In this document: piece after piece, positions 12,023 through 25,300 of the stretch | Numbering within the stretch: position 1 is the first letter of the stretch | Layout of the letters: every line of letters begins with the position of its first letter | Source: Bugula neritina | Taxonomy: Eukaryota > Animalia > Bryozoa | Assembly: GCA_964035545.1 (NCBI GenBank) | Contig: OZ037765.1 | Span: 6,148,698 to 6,212,697 of the forward strand | Length of the DNA stretch: 64,000 nt | Direction of reading: 5' to 3' | Notes under the pieces: generated by a model | What the model was told of the DNA's origin: nothing | Seen by the model: the letters and a program-made list of their open reading frames with translations, nothing else | The model's database searches: none | Position numbers and translations under genes: made by a program

Positions 12023-14049
12023 GCCAACCATTTTTTTGTTTTGTTAATTAATTACTCTCATCACATAGATTGATATATTAGTCTCATTTCTGATCAATCA
12101 TTGATCAAGGTGGTCATCAATTTTTCATCTCTCAGGTTTATGTTTTGTTATTTTCAATCTCACTGCAAATACTTTTCACAGCATTATTGTACAGTGTGAA
12201 GCTTCTAAAGGAATTCTTCCTCATAATGGCTCAAGTTTTTTTGAAAGCATATCAATGATTAAATTAAGGTTTATAGCAACAAGACATATGCTGCAGTTTA
12301 TTTCCATACTTTACAGCTATTAGAGTTGTCATAGCGTGTACAATCTGTTTTATGGAAAAACAACTCATTTTTCAATCACCATTACCTACTTCAACTTATT
12401 TTTGTGGAATTTTTTAACTAGTATAATATTATGTATATAAAGTATAAGCATACTATAATCTAGTCACGATAGTGTGACATAATTTATTGAAGTTCAGCTA
12501 TATAATATTTTTATGGCTTCACCACTTTTAATGTAATATCTTAGTTTTTTTAATGTGATTGTAAATAGCAGTTACTTCTGTCACATAGTTACAGGTCTTG
12601 TAAATATTATGCAACCAAATAATTGGTTTTAGTATTTTTCTAATAAATATAAACATTTATCAAAATATACTATTTTATTGTAAAATTATATCAATAAAAT
12701 AAGAAAAATTATCTTGTCAATAATTTAATAATTTTGCTTCAACGAAATGCTATTCATCCAATATATAACTCAACCTTAAAGTTTTTTAATTCAATCGATT
12801 TTTGAGCTTTTGGTTTTTTTATAGCCTGCACTTAAGTTTTAGTTGATGTGTTAGCATTAGCTTTAATTTGAAAAGATAGTGCTGCAATGCTAAGAAATGT
12901 TGAGGCAGATTTTAGTTTTGTGTAGTATTTTAACATGTGACAATTTTAAAAACTGTCAATTGCACAAAAGTGAGCCCTGTCCATTATGTAATTGATTATG
13001 GTTTGTACAGTTGACATGATGGAATTTGCACTAAACTCAGTAGACTGCAACGTACCAGTTTGCTAACAGCAATACAACACAAAATGAATCCTGCAACATA
13101 ATACACTCGTAGGCGAAATCTTAGAAAAAAATATACAATTTTTGCAGTAATATAGTTGGTCAACTAATATTTGAGATCAAATTAAATCTGCACACTGAAA
13201 ACAGATGACAATTAGACAGAACTTATCTACTTATCATTAGTTTATTATTATTCAGGTAAAATATAGTAAATCTTTTTATTTTAAAGGTTTTATAAGCTAC
13301 AATATTCACTGACGAATATGAATTGGCAGACTTTATAACTTTACTACATTTTACATTACGAATAGCATAAAGACATGTATTGTAGAGCATAAGTTTAAAA
13401 TTAAGATACATATTTGAACTTGATTAAGTTGAGATTATAAAGGTATGAACTAATTTACAATAATAATCTAGAATTTCAAGAGCCAGTAATCAATGCTTAG
13501 TTATTATTATCTGATGAAATATTAGTTATGATGTATTTCTAAAGGCTAACTAACTATTACAGTTAGTTTTATTTTTCATTTATATTTTACAGTTATTATT
13601 TTATATATATAATAATATATTTTATTATACAATAACATATTGAATTAACAAAAGTTATATGTATACTTTAAGCCTAGATATAATTTTACCTTCATAGCTT
13701 AAAGTTCGCAGTTATAACTCAAGCATGCATAAGTGAGTTGAAAGTTTGTTTTAATAAAAATATTATTAATACCTGCTCCAGACTTTATAAATGTCAAACA
13801 TTCTATTTAAGATATTACCTAGTTGGGTATATATTGAATATGGTATGTCTAGTATAATGACATGCAATAGTGAATGTTATTGATATACAAGTAGTATAAC
13901 ATATTTTGAAAGATCAAGCGTTACATACATTCAGTTGTATTATATACATGTAGTGTATATATTATATTGATTATCCACACAAGATGTCAGATCTGGAGTT
14001 ATCATCCCTGAGTTAATGCAAGCTATAAAACTATCTGCAAATAGGATTT

Positions 14050-14554
14050 ATGATGGCCGCACCTGTTAATAACAGCAAAAGTGATGAAAGTCAGAATCAA
14101 CTGGATGTGTTCAAACAGTGGCCATGTGATAGATTGAACGACTTTGTAGCTGCTACTCTGTATGTATTTTCTGAATGTTACTACAAGCTTTGTTGAATTC
14201 TTGTCCTATATTTAACACCAAATGGACTTGGAGATTAAACCGTATCTATTTATGTTTATTATAGTTTTATGATTATTATAGTTTAAGTTAAGATAACATA
14301 TACTCAACATTACCTACTTCTGGATATAACATGTACTCCTTGTATTCTAAGATGTATTAGCATAGACTAATTGAAAAATACAGTACATGTCTCTAAAACG
14401 TTAAAAACACGCACACAAGCAAAAATATCAAGCATTTTATAAAAGAAATTGTTTGAAACACGCTATAGGAGATTAAGTATCTCATGCAAACACAACTTTC
14501 CACCCTGTTAACTTGATAACTGTTAACCACTTTTTGTCTTATAAAACACACACA

Positions 14555-14594
<40 letters not shown>

Positions 14595-17500
14595 CACGCA
14601 CACACACGCACACACACGCACACACACGCACACACACGCACACACACGCACACACACGCACACACACGCACACACACGCACACACACGCACACACACGCA
14701 CACACACGCACACACACGCACACACACGCACACACACATGCACACACACATCATTCTAATTCTTTAGAAAATCAAATGAAGTGTTGAAGCTGGAGACTGA
14801 AATGTTTCAATTTTATGTCACAAAGTTTGATGTTGAGAAATACATCAAGCAGAGAGATGCCAGTAGTAAAGGATGGTCAAGCTCTGACTCATTCCACACA
14901 AGAAGCACCAAGTCATCAGAGACTGTACTAAACAGACCCGGCAGCAAGATGAGCAGATCTCAAGCGGTCAGCAGTATTTTAAAAGTGCTGCCTACTTATA
15001 TTTTGTCAACATTGGAACATTTTAGTTAAGAACATGATCAATTTTTTTTAGAAAGCTTCTGACACTTTAAATGTTGTTTATGTGTTTAGAAACCTCTGAA
15101 TAAACAGATATGTTAAAAAAATTGGCATATTTCAATTTAATTTGAACATAATTTTTTTCAAGTGCCATGTAAAATAATCTTCTATTCCTATTGCATTGAT
15201 AATCTTTTTGAAGCTGAAGCACACATACTAAAAATATAGTTATCTTTTCGCAACGTTGATTCCATTCCAGTTTTTCTTTCGACTGTTTTCAATTAAACTT
15301 GCGCGAGTTTTATTTTCAATAGCTGGGGCTCCATAAGTTGATAGTAACAGCAAATGTGAACATTTTTAGAGGCCGGTATCCAGTTTATTTGATAAAGTAC
15401 TAAAACTGAAGGCAGAGCATAAATGTGACATTGTCCAGAAGGAAATTGAAAGACTCCGAGAAATACGCTCTAAATCCACCCAGGAGTTTGAACGTATGAA
15501 AGATGATCTATTGGTTTGTATAATTTTATTAATTATCTTAGTGTATTCATGACTTAAGAACTAAATCAAAAGTCTCTACCTACACTAGAAGGTAGGTTAA
15601 TGTCGTAGCAAATCTCTATCTTTTTATTGTTGTATTTTTATAATTTGTACAGTGATTTGTAACAAACATTCAGGTTTTAAGAAAAGATCTACAGTTTGAA
15701 AAGTGAATAATTAGACTATTTCATAACTAGGAATAATTCATAGAATTAAGATCAACATTTTAACAGGCAGTAATTGAGGAAAGAGCAGAAAGCACCAAGA
15801 GTATAAAGAAACAGTTGTATGAGTTTGAAAGAGACGTTGTTAAAACAGGAACTGATGTGAAAACTGGCATGTTCAAGGGCGAAAAAGTTGTGCGCTTCTT
15901 TGAAGAGAAGCTAAAACAGAGAGTAAGTAGCTTAATTTACCACTTACTTGTTGAAGCTACATAACACAGATTTGAGCAGGACATGAACTCGTTTGGCTTC
16001 TGATCACTACATAAGTTAACCTTTTGACCACTGTAATTTCTATGCGAGTAGTAAGCTACAGACATTGAGGTTGTCCGCATGATTCAGATAAATTATTAAC
16101 ATGCATCCAAAAATTAAATACAATAGCATCGATAACTGCAGTAGAATAGCTTCATCATGAAACAAGTGATGTATTTATATAAAAGCTAGTTTCAGTCAAG
16201 CCACCTAGCTTTCAGTGTCAATAAAGCATAATAATTTAAGTCCCATGTGATAAATTAATAGGTATGTTTAAATGCAAGCACTTTTATTATTAGTTAATAG
16301 TTATTAATTCTGATTACAAACTTGCAGGAAAACCTGATTAGCAAGTTGAAGGTGAAAATCAAGAGCTTCAAGCATCAAAATAGAAAGTACAACTTAATGC
16401 TGAAACATAAAGAGGAAATAGGAGACATTTTAACAGAAATTGATTTTCAGCAGTTGAAGATTGAAAATGCTGAGCGCATTGAGCAACTTGAAAACAGAAA
16501 CATGGAGTTCTTTCGTTTGAAGACTGATGGAATTGCAACCACACATTCTTTAAATATTTATAAGGTAAACAGCTTTTCACTTTGCAAGATTGAAATAACA
16601 GGTGTACATTAAAAAAATTATTTCAAATGAACTTCCTTTATCGTTATTTATTATTATAATTGTCATTTTTATGATAATAATTGTTATAGGTAGGTGTTTA
16701 TCAATGTACAATAATACAATATAATAATAATACAATATATTCTATACTTTTGAGGAGCTTACCATTTTCTGCTACTTATTTGTAGAAAAAGCTGCACGAC
16801 ATTATTCTAGAGTCTAATCAGCTCAAACAGGATATTGCATCAAGGAATGCACTGCTTTTACGATTAGATAGTGAAACCGCATATTGCGAAGGAGAAAGAG
16901 CTAAAGCGGAAACAGTGAATAGAAAGCACAGAGCTAACCTGGCACAATATAAGGTCGTCCTTACCTTTTGTTTGTTACTGATAATATTTCAAGTAGAACA
17001 GAAACTGTCAACTGATGAAATATATTTGTAGAAAGCTTGAATTTTATACATTTGCAGACTCCTCTAATTTCTGTTCAGCAATGCACAGCTAACCTTTATA
17101 TTTTCTACTAAAATAATATTATATGCTTATGCACAGATAATTGGTAAACAAATAGATTCAATTTCCCAAAATACAAGAAACTATAGTGGTAGAACAAAGT
17201 TGATAAAAATCTTCCATTTTCTTTATTGCAAGAAAAACAAACTAATCTCTGTTCACAATTTTACTATATGTACACAATACAAAACTCATTAAGACTTTGG
17301 TATTTTTATAAAACATATAATAAATATACTTGTTATAACCTTTTGCATTTAGAAATCAACTTAAAATTGTAGGTACCGGAAGTGATAGAAGCAGTATGCC
17401 TTCTGTCTAATATGGCCAATTTAAAGAAGTATGTTAGGATTTGGGAACGGAAAAACCAAATTGCAGAGGTGAGTATAAATAACATAAATTTACACATAAA

Positions 17501-17843
17501 GAATAAGTACATCTAGATTCTGCTCATTACCAAATTTTATTGTGTTATAGCCGTCATGAAAAATCTAAATCAATAATTTTTTCATTGTATCATATTATTC
17601 TTAAGTTGGAGATGAAAGTTCTACATTATTCTAGACCTTTCAAGATCAGTGAGTTTTAAGTTGATGGAGAGTAAACTCCATGGTTTGTATTTATGTATTA
17701 TCACATACAGTGCATATTGCTGAATAAGTAATGGGATTTTTTATATCTAGATGGCTCTGAATGCACAAAAACAGATCTGGGCAAAAACAAAAATTGAAGC
17801 TGTAGGGGGAGAAGATTCCTTGCCTGAAATATTGGGTATCTAG
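14050..17843 (+). CDS. CCDC113: Coiled-coil domain-containing protein 113 / CFAP263 (8 coding exons)
   Basis: Exons 14050-14159, 14768-14966, 15370-15513, 15767-15922, 16328-16564, 16786-16953, 17373-17468, 17751-17843, all phase-compatible. Family motifs LETEMF, LKAEHKCDIVQKE, YEFERDVV..EKVVRFFEEK, KEEIGDILTEIDFQQLKIEN, YKVPEV, WERKNQIAEMAL. Confidence 0.88.
14546..14750 (+). repeat. Compound (CA)n / (CACACACGCA)n microsatellite
   Basis: Directly visible, ~205 bp, mostly a 10-bp unit. Confidence 0.97.
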
Positions 17844-18599
17844 AGATCAAACTGCTGATAGATAGTTTTACCTAAACAAAGTTTTAGTTTGTCTTTTTGT
17901 TTTGATTAAATGTTAAATTTTGTTCCTGTACTATTTTTTTTTACTTGGTGTAGCATATTTGAGATGGTATTGAGGTTTTGTGGCTCAAGTCAGGTTAATT
18001 TTTTTTATTTGATTTAATAACTTTGTGTTTAGTAATACTCTATTAAGTCATTGAATGCACATTAGTTTCATTACCCTGCATAACCAAAAATGTTTTTTTT
18101 TACTACTGAAATTATTTACTGTATGAGTTGTAGAAGAGACAGTTATAATTATGTAAATTACAATACAGCAATGTTGACTGCTCAATCCAATAGTTTCTCA
18201 CTTTAAGCGAACATAAAACTTTTTTCTAATTAGTAAATAATACCAGACATAATATAACCATGGGGTTTGTAGTCAATGCTTGCATTAAGGCCTAACCATG
18301 AACTTCCTTGGGTGTAGCACAATCACCATATTTTCTCAATTTCAGCTAGCTTGTCAGTAGTTTCTATACTTAGGCTATGGACTTTCTAAATGCAGCGAAG
18401 ATATTCTAGTAGATTACCAATTCTTACCCTTTACCCGATAGAGCCTAGGCTACTATACTAACAACGAATCAAGAGACAAGTTTTTTCTACACCCTTGCGT
18501 TTACAGTTTCAGTTAACAATTTTAGAAATTATTTGTTATCAGTTTTGCATGGCATGACATTCAAAAAGAGGTTAGTAATATTAATGTATACAGGAATAC

Positions 18600-18605
18600 T
18601 TTATT
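18600..18605 (-). terminator. Candidate AATAAA polyadenylation signal of prominin
   Basis: TTTATT on the + strand ~460 nt past the last candidate stop codon (19066). Confidence 0.4.
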
Positions 18606-19379
18606 TGCATATATAAAAAAATAAATACCATTTAGGCTAACATGCGTAATATAATACGAGTAGTGAACAGACATATCTCTTGGTATAAAGCTAGAGATCC
18701 CTTTTTTTGTAGCAAAAAAGGTGTTGAATAGTAGAAAAATCTAGTCCATCAAAAGCAAAGGTAATCAGAAAATTATTTTAAGGCAAGTGAATAAATTTCA
18801 AGACATTAAGTAAAAATTAGAAAACATTTGGAGCAAGTAAAAATCTAGACTGTACTCAAGCAGAAAATGAACAATCCACATCGGAATTTGATATCTACAA
18901 TACATTGGTCACTTGTAATAAAATAATATTCTTTGGTGCATATAGCAAAGCATGTACAACACAAAATAAATGATGTTGATATCTTGTCTGGTATTTTAGC
19001 ATATGAAGATAAGTTCTAGAAAAACGTTGATTGTGAATTGTCCAGTTATGATGGTCAGTCGTCCGCTAGGAGTACACACTATTAGTCAAGGGTTGCCTAA
19101 AATTGAAATGATTATCAATTAAAAATAGGACACAGGTTTCCAAACAAAAATGTACATTTGAACATCCTTTACTGCAAAAACTGTCATTCAGTATCAAGCA
19201 ATAATAGAAGATATTTGAGGTAATTATTACTCAAACTAAAATCAATAGTATTGATTGTAAGAAATAGAAGGAAGAACATGTGTTTAAGCAGCTTTAAGAA
19301 AACCAAAGCAGACACACGCACAGCACACACGGGTTGAACCATGCAATTCAGAAAAGAGTCCGTTACCTAGCCCATAGTT

Positions 19380-22300
19380 CTAATAGTAAGCAGGTTTAAC
19401 ACTACGGGAACGGTAGCTTGGTTCAGGGACCACGCCTCTATGAAAAGCATCAGATCTGATATTTTCATGAGGCATGCCTCTGGGGTATCTATTAGGCCTG
19501 ATTATTTCAGGGGCCATGCTCCTGTGATATCGTTCATAACTGTCCCCAAACCCACCACCAGGAACCGTTTCATAACCATAGTCATCTCTAAAACCTTGAT
19601 TAGTAACATCCTCATGGTAACGAGGCTTAGAACGGCTATAATAGACAAACAATAAAGCCTTTTACTGGTGTGTTAGATACTAGAGTACTCTAGAAGGTTC
19701 TCTAGTAGGGAAAAGCTTTAGCAAAACATGAATGTTAATAAAGCAGACACATAAACATAGACAGGGTAACAAAGAAGATTGAGATCAGAAGTAAAACAGT
19801 CTTCCCATGCATTGCTATCACCAAGCCATACTAAAATAGGGAAAAACATTTTGTCGCATACCATTCAAATGTAAATCAATAGTGTCTAAAATAATAGGAA
19901 TATTTGAAGATGAATGCTAAGTCAAAGAGTTTTAAATTGAGTCCATGCCTTCACTAACTCACTACTTTACTAGTTTACACATTCGACTCGGATTCTACTT
20001 GATTCCGAAAGAGCTTTTGACTCCACCGGAATCGGCGGGAAAGCCGCTGCGTTAGTCTTCTAAATGCCCAACAATAATATGTAGATTATATAATATTGTA
20101 GAGGTTACAATATTTGGTACAGTTTGAATGATAACATAGATGGGATAACTAACTTCTGCCTTTACAGCATTCTGTATGCAAAACATAAGTCAGTTTCTAG
20201 TTTCACAACAAGGAAGATGGAAATCTGCCCTCTTTGCAAAGCACAGTATAAAAATGAGTAGCTACACACACACATGGTTGTGTTAGATGGCTACAGTGAC
20301 TATTAATAACCAATGAGTATGATTACAAGAATCGGCAAAGGTTAGTGCAAAAGTTAAAATAATATTTTAAGCAAAGTTTCTACAAGTTTGTAACTGTATT
20401 TATAACATTACCTTTCCAAAGGAATATGCTCACTGTCGTAGTCTCTATTTCTAAAAACAAAAACAATGGATGTGTTTTACATAAGCAGCACCACTACCAA
20501 TATAAGATTACCCTGATGGAGCTAGCATTACATTAGGATGGCATACGAGACAGGGTAAACACAATATTCCCGGACATGGTACAGAGCAGGTTCTGCTACT
20601 GATTCATGACTTACGAAGTTACGGCTGGTTTACTTGTTGGTTGTAATGTAATAAACTCAACGACTTTCTAGTACTGCCTCTATAGAAGTATAACATAATT
20701 TACAATAGTATGTATACTTACTATACAGAACTATAGAGCATTTATACCTGCTTAAACATGTACATCAGCATGCAATTGCACATAGCAAATTTCCTACCAC
20801 CAAAATAAACTGTTTTATAGCAGCAAAATGCATACACAGGCAGTATTTGGAGCCTACAGAGATTTTATTATTCAGATAAGCCAGACGATTGCGAAAGCAG
20901 TATACAAATTCTGTATGCATTCTTTTTATTCTGCCAAAATCGTATGATATGTAAAACTTTGGCTTTCAATACGCATGTTCATAGATAAAGGGTAATGGCA
21001 TACCATATTTACAAGTTAAAGAGATCATGGCGCGATGTGGCAAACACACAAAGCTTGAGGATATCATAGCTTGCTATGGACACCAGCCACGGGAAGGATG
21101 GAGGTGTATGATTTAGTCATGATAGAGCAATTAAGCTTTTATATAATAATGGAATGTATTATAAAAATATTTTTGGCCCCAAATAACCAATGAATGAGTA
21201 GAGCGTTTTAGTTGACGTCTCGAGGGATCAAAACTTAAAATTTACCAGCTTTACAATAATTGATCTGAGAGGCGCCAATGCATCGACAAATTTCTTAAAC
21301 CTATAAATACACAAGTGAATCTGTACTTCATTGTCATCTAAGGAGCCATTAACAACATGTTATAATATCCTTCAGCTGTCTGTGTACAGAGAGAGAAAGG
21401 GGGAGGAGCAAGATGTCAAAGCATACAAATCAAAAACTTGATCAGCAACACGAAATTTTGGTTGAGATGCACTAAACCGCTTAATCTTAGCACCAATCAT
21501 TCAGGGATTTAGCTCTTGCCTTGGCGGTATAGAAGGAAATACTTTAACCCTTGAGCGTGATTGATTTTGATGGTTTACATATTGGCTGCTAAAGAGAGAA
21601 ACCCATATAGCATATAGTGTACTGTGTTAGCAATGTGTGTGGGTACCACCCATCTTCAACAGGAAAACTGGTGGTATTATTGAATATTTTAGCAAGCAAC
21701 CAAGTCTTATTGTGATTCAATTGTAAATTTGTTGCACAAATCATTACACTTAGGAAGGTTTAGCCTGATAAATATATGTAAACCGTAAAAATTGGAGGAG
21801 GATAAAGAAATGAAATTCCACATTGAATTAAATAATTTTAATCAAATTACATACTGAGTATCTGTTGGAGTTATGCTTTTTAATACTTTGTTATTCCTTA
21901 GAGAACAAGCGGCGGAAATTACTTCGTTTTCTATTCAATAACTTTATTTTGCTCATGCAAATACAATTGCTAATCAATTCCTTACAATCTTGGGTGGAAA
22001 GGGTGAAAATTAATTTAGTGGCTCCAACATTTAATAAGCTTAGAATCAAAATTAGCGAAAAGCACTTTAGTTTGATAAATAGAATTTTGTACAAATCAGA
22101 ATTTGTTGGCTAGACTACTTACAAGTCATCTTTATAATCACCATCGTATGGAGATCTCCTTCTGTATAGGTTGGCTAACACCAGACCACAGATCATACAG
22201 GGTATTAGCATGATCAGTGACCACCCTAAGCTGAACCATAGCCCATTCTACAGAAAGAATATCATAACATACACATTCTCACTTCACAGGTTGAACCTTA

Positions 22301-25300
22301 TGGATCAATTAGATCCACAAACGCTTGAACATGTAACCAGTTAATGTAAACGAACCACTAAATTTCTTAACTAAGCTCTAAACAATATACAAGTTTAATT
22401 CTTTAATTTCATAGTAGATATGTCCATTGCCATTGCCCAAACAATCAGTTTTAGAGCATGGTGCAGCCATAACTAGATGTCTTTCCTAATACCTAACAGT
22501 AAAAATAAAATTAAAGATTTGTTTGTCGGAGAATTTGCAACTACAACTGCTAGGCTAGCACTGTGCTACCAGTTCTACTGTATAGACTGAGAAAGTAGAC
22601 TGTTACTTACAAAAGGGTCTAATCCCGTGTCACAGACTATGTTGGCAGTATCTTTAAGCTTATTGGCCAGATCGTCGCATTTAGTTGCAAAGAGCTAAAT
22701 ATACAGGAACAGTTTGTTAGTAAAATGCATAAAACATGTTATACTATTATGTTAACAACAATAATTACACAGAATTTAGCAGATAGAAGATAACAAGACA
22801 ACTTTTGTCCCAGCCTATCATTGGTTACCTCATCAAGTCCAGCATTGGCATCTTCTGTGATGTCATCTGAGAGTGTCTTGGCATAAGAAGACAACACCTG
22901 CAAATGGGAAGCAATGAAACTTTATATACTCCATTTCTTTCATATTTATAAAAATCGTATAAGAAGTTGGCTTGAGCAGCATAAACTTCAGCAATGTACT
23001 AGTTGTGCAATATTGTCACACAAAAAACCGTTGGCAGAAATTTGTAACAGTCTTCATTTTCCTTGCCTTTTAACGTCAACCTATTTCACAGAGTGTCAAA
23101 AGTCTGCATTAAAGTATCAGCACACAATAACTGTGTTGTACACAGCATTTTATTACAAGCCAATAATAAAACTGATAGTCTATACCATATACTATTCTCA
23201 GTTACACTAACAGCTTTCAGTATTTTGAATATTGAAGCCTAAACATAATTTGAATCTCAACAGTAAGCTAAACCCAAGATCACAAATTTAATTTGATTTA
23301 ATATTTGGTGTAAAAACCAGGTTGTTTTTCAGATATTTTTATGTTACATTTCTAAATAAAAGATATTATAAAAACATTACCTGTCGAACAATATTAGATG
23401 CATTGTTTTTGATGCTACTTTCCACTTGACTGATGGTATCAAGAGCAGTGGCGCTTGCATTCTAAAAGCAAAATCACAAAATTAGTTTTAGAAAAGCATC
23501 AAGGTTCATTGTATAAGACTTATAACAAGCAGTCTCAAAGTAAACAAAACTTTGCAATTCTCAATTTTTAAATTCTTGTAAATTTATCATTTCACAGCTA
23601 TGCTCGATCAAAAATACTCTTTCTAAAATTTCTACCTGCACACATATTTGCATATTGAATTTCCAAAGATAAAATAAAATGCTAACAAAATCTGTTTCAA
23701 TAGTTTATCCTTCTGGTTTGTAAATTTATGAAAAGCGCACACTTTCTATGATACATTACGACCGTATTACAACTTGGGCAAGTTCTCTGTGACATACCTT
23801 CAGTGTTTCCACGCTATCAGAAAGCTGTGTTATGGTGCCACTTACAAATCCCTACAATCAATCAATCCAACATACAAACATAATGGTGATACAAGCATTA
23901 TTAATAAAATAAGGCAACCTGCTAGCTTACTGTAAATATATTGCAGTACACTGAACACCATCATCAATAGTAATATTATGATAACTAAACAAGCTATGGA
24001 CATGCAAACAATTGGCAAGAAATATTTTTGTAGTTTATGCCGAGTTGAGACAAATCTGCAAATAACGGCAGGTTTCTGAAAAACTTTACTATGTTACACG
24101 CTGCTGACTATATATTATATCTGAAATTCACACGCAGATATAAGCGCTGAAAATGCTTGGCTATGTCAGATATGTGAAACCAGCAATACTCACTGCAGAG
24201 GCCACCATTTCATCCACACCGTTGTCTCGAGAACTCTCAAAATATCCCCTGGCATCCTCTAAGTCCTGCATGAAAGTTTAAACAAAGTTGAAAAGTTAAA
24301 GTTCAGGCAAATGGCAACAAAACGCATTCTGATATATAAAGGGTAGATAGTGAGCTCCTGGACTTTCTGCAACTCATTTTTACTTCAACAACAGACACTC
24401 AAGAGCAAGTGTGCCGTTTATTTATGTTTATATTGTTTGATAATAACGGAATGCGTTTAGTGATGACAGAGAGCTAAGAGAGCATGACTAATGACCGGCT
24501 GCTGTCTTACTGTACCAATGTGTCCCACCATTCTATACTTACAGTTCGGTTTTTCCCTGAGGCTTGATTTATTGCGCCATTCAACATATTGATACTGCTG
24601 TTCAGTAAATTTTTAATTAAAGCCACTTGAGAATTCTAAAAGATAACAAAGACAAATGAATTATTAACAAAACCCAAAACACCGTCACATGATAAGTACG
24701 ACATAAAAAACGCTTCAACTCAACAGGAAGTCATGAGGGTTTCTTACCAAATCAGGAATTACAGAGCCATTAAAACCATTGAAATTTTCCAACATTGACA
24801 GGGAGTCATTGAGATTCTGTGGCAAAAATGTTACATTGCCAATATCGATGTTAATTTTTCCTATCGTTTTGTTTATTTCCTCATAGCCCAGTTTATCCTA
24901 AAATACAGTTAATAAATTATAAACTAGACGAATAAACCTCAACCAATATAATATTCAAAAAATATAAAATACACAACATGGCCAACAAAAAAGAAGACGA
25001 ACAATAACTACAGGCAGAAATTTAAGTGCGTGACTCACATTGATCTGTTGCTGTAAGTCACTCTTGCTGAACCCAAGGCCTGTGTAAGACGCTATGTCTT
25101 CAAGAGACGCTCCTCCCAGACAATCACTAAACCACCACAGAGAGAGAATACATGTAACACGCAACATTTGTGAATAATACTGTTGATATTCAAAATAAAG
25201 CAGTACATGGAAATCCGGACTAAAAATCACTAAACTTTGACTTTGGTGCTTATTATTGCATGCCAAGTCTGATACGCAAATTGTTATACCACTGTGTCCC

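Noticed and set aside
14393-14767. CVCVRV/HTHT ORFs
   Set aside because: Translations of the CA microsatellite.
19080-19382. Stop-codon readthrough in prominin (TAG, then TGA-CTA after splicing)
   Set aside because: The first stop lacks a readthrough context, and the last exon is more simply read in phase 2 as RQPLTNSVYS*.
19440-19655. Plus-strand ORFs opposite coding exons (also 35270, 45906, 47422, 51083, 57300)
   Set aside because: Antisense shadows of minus-strand exons.
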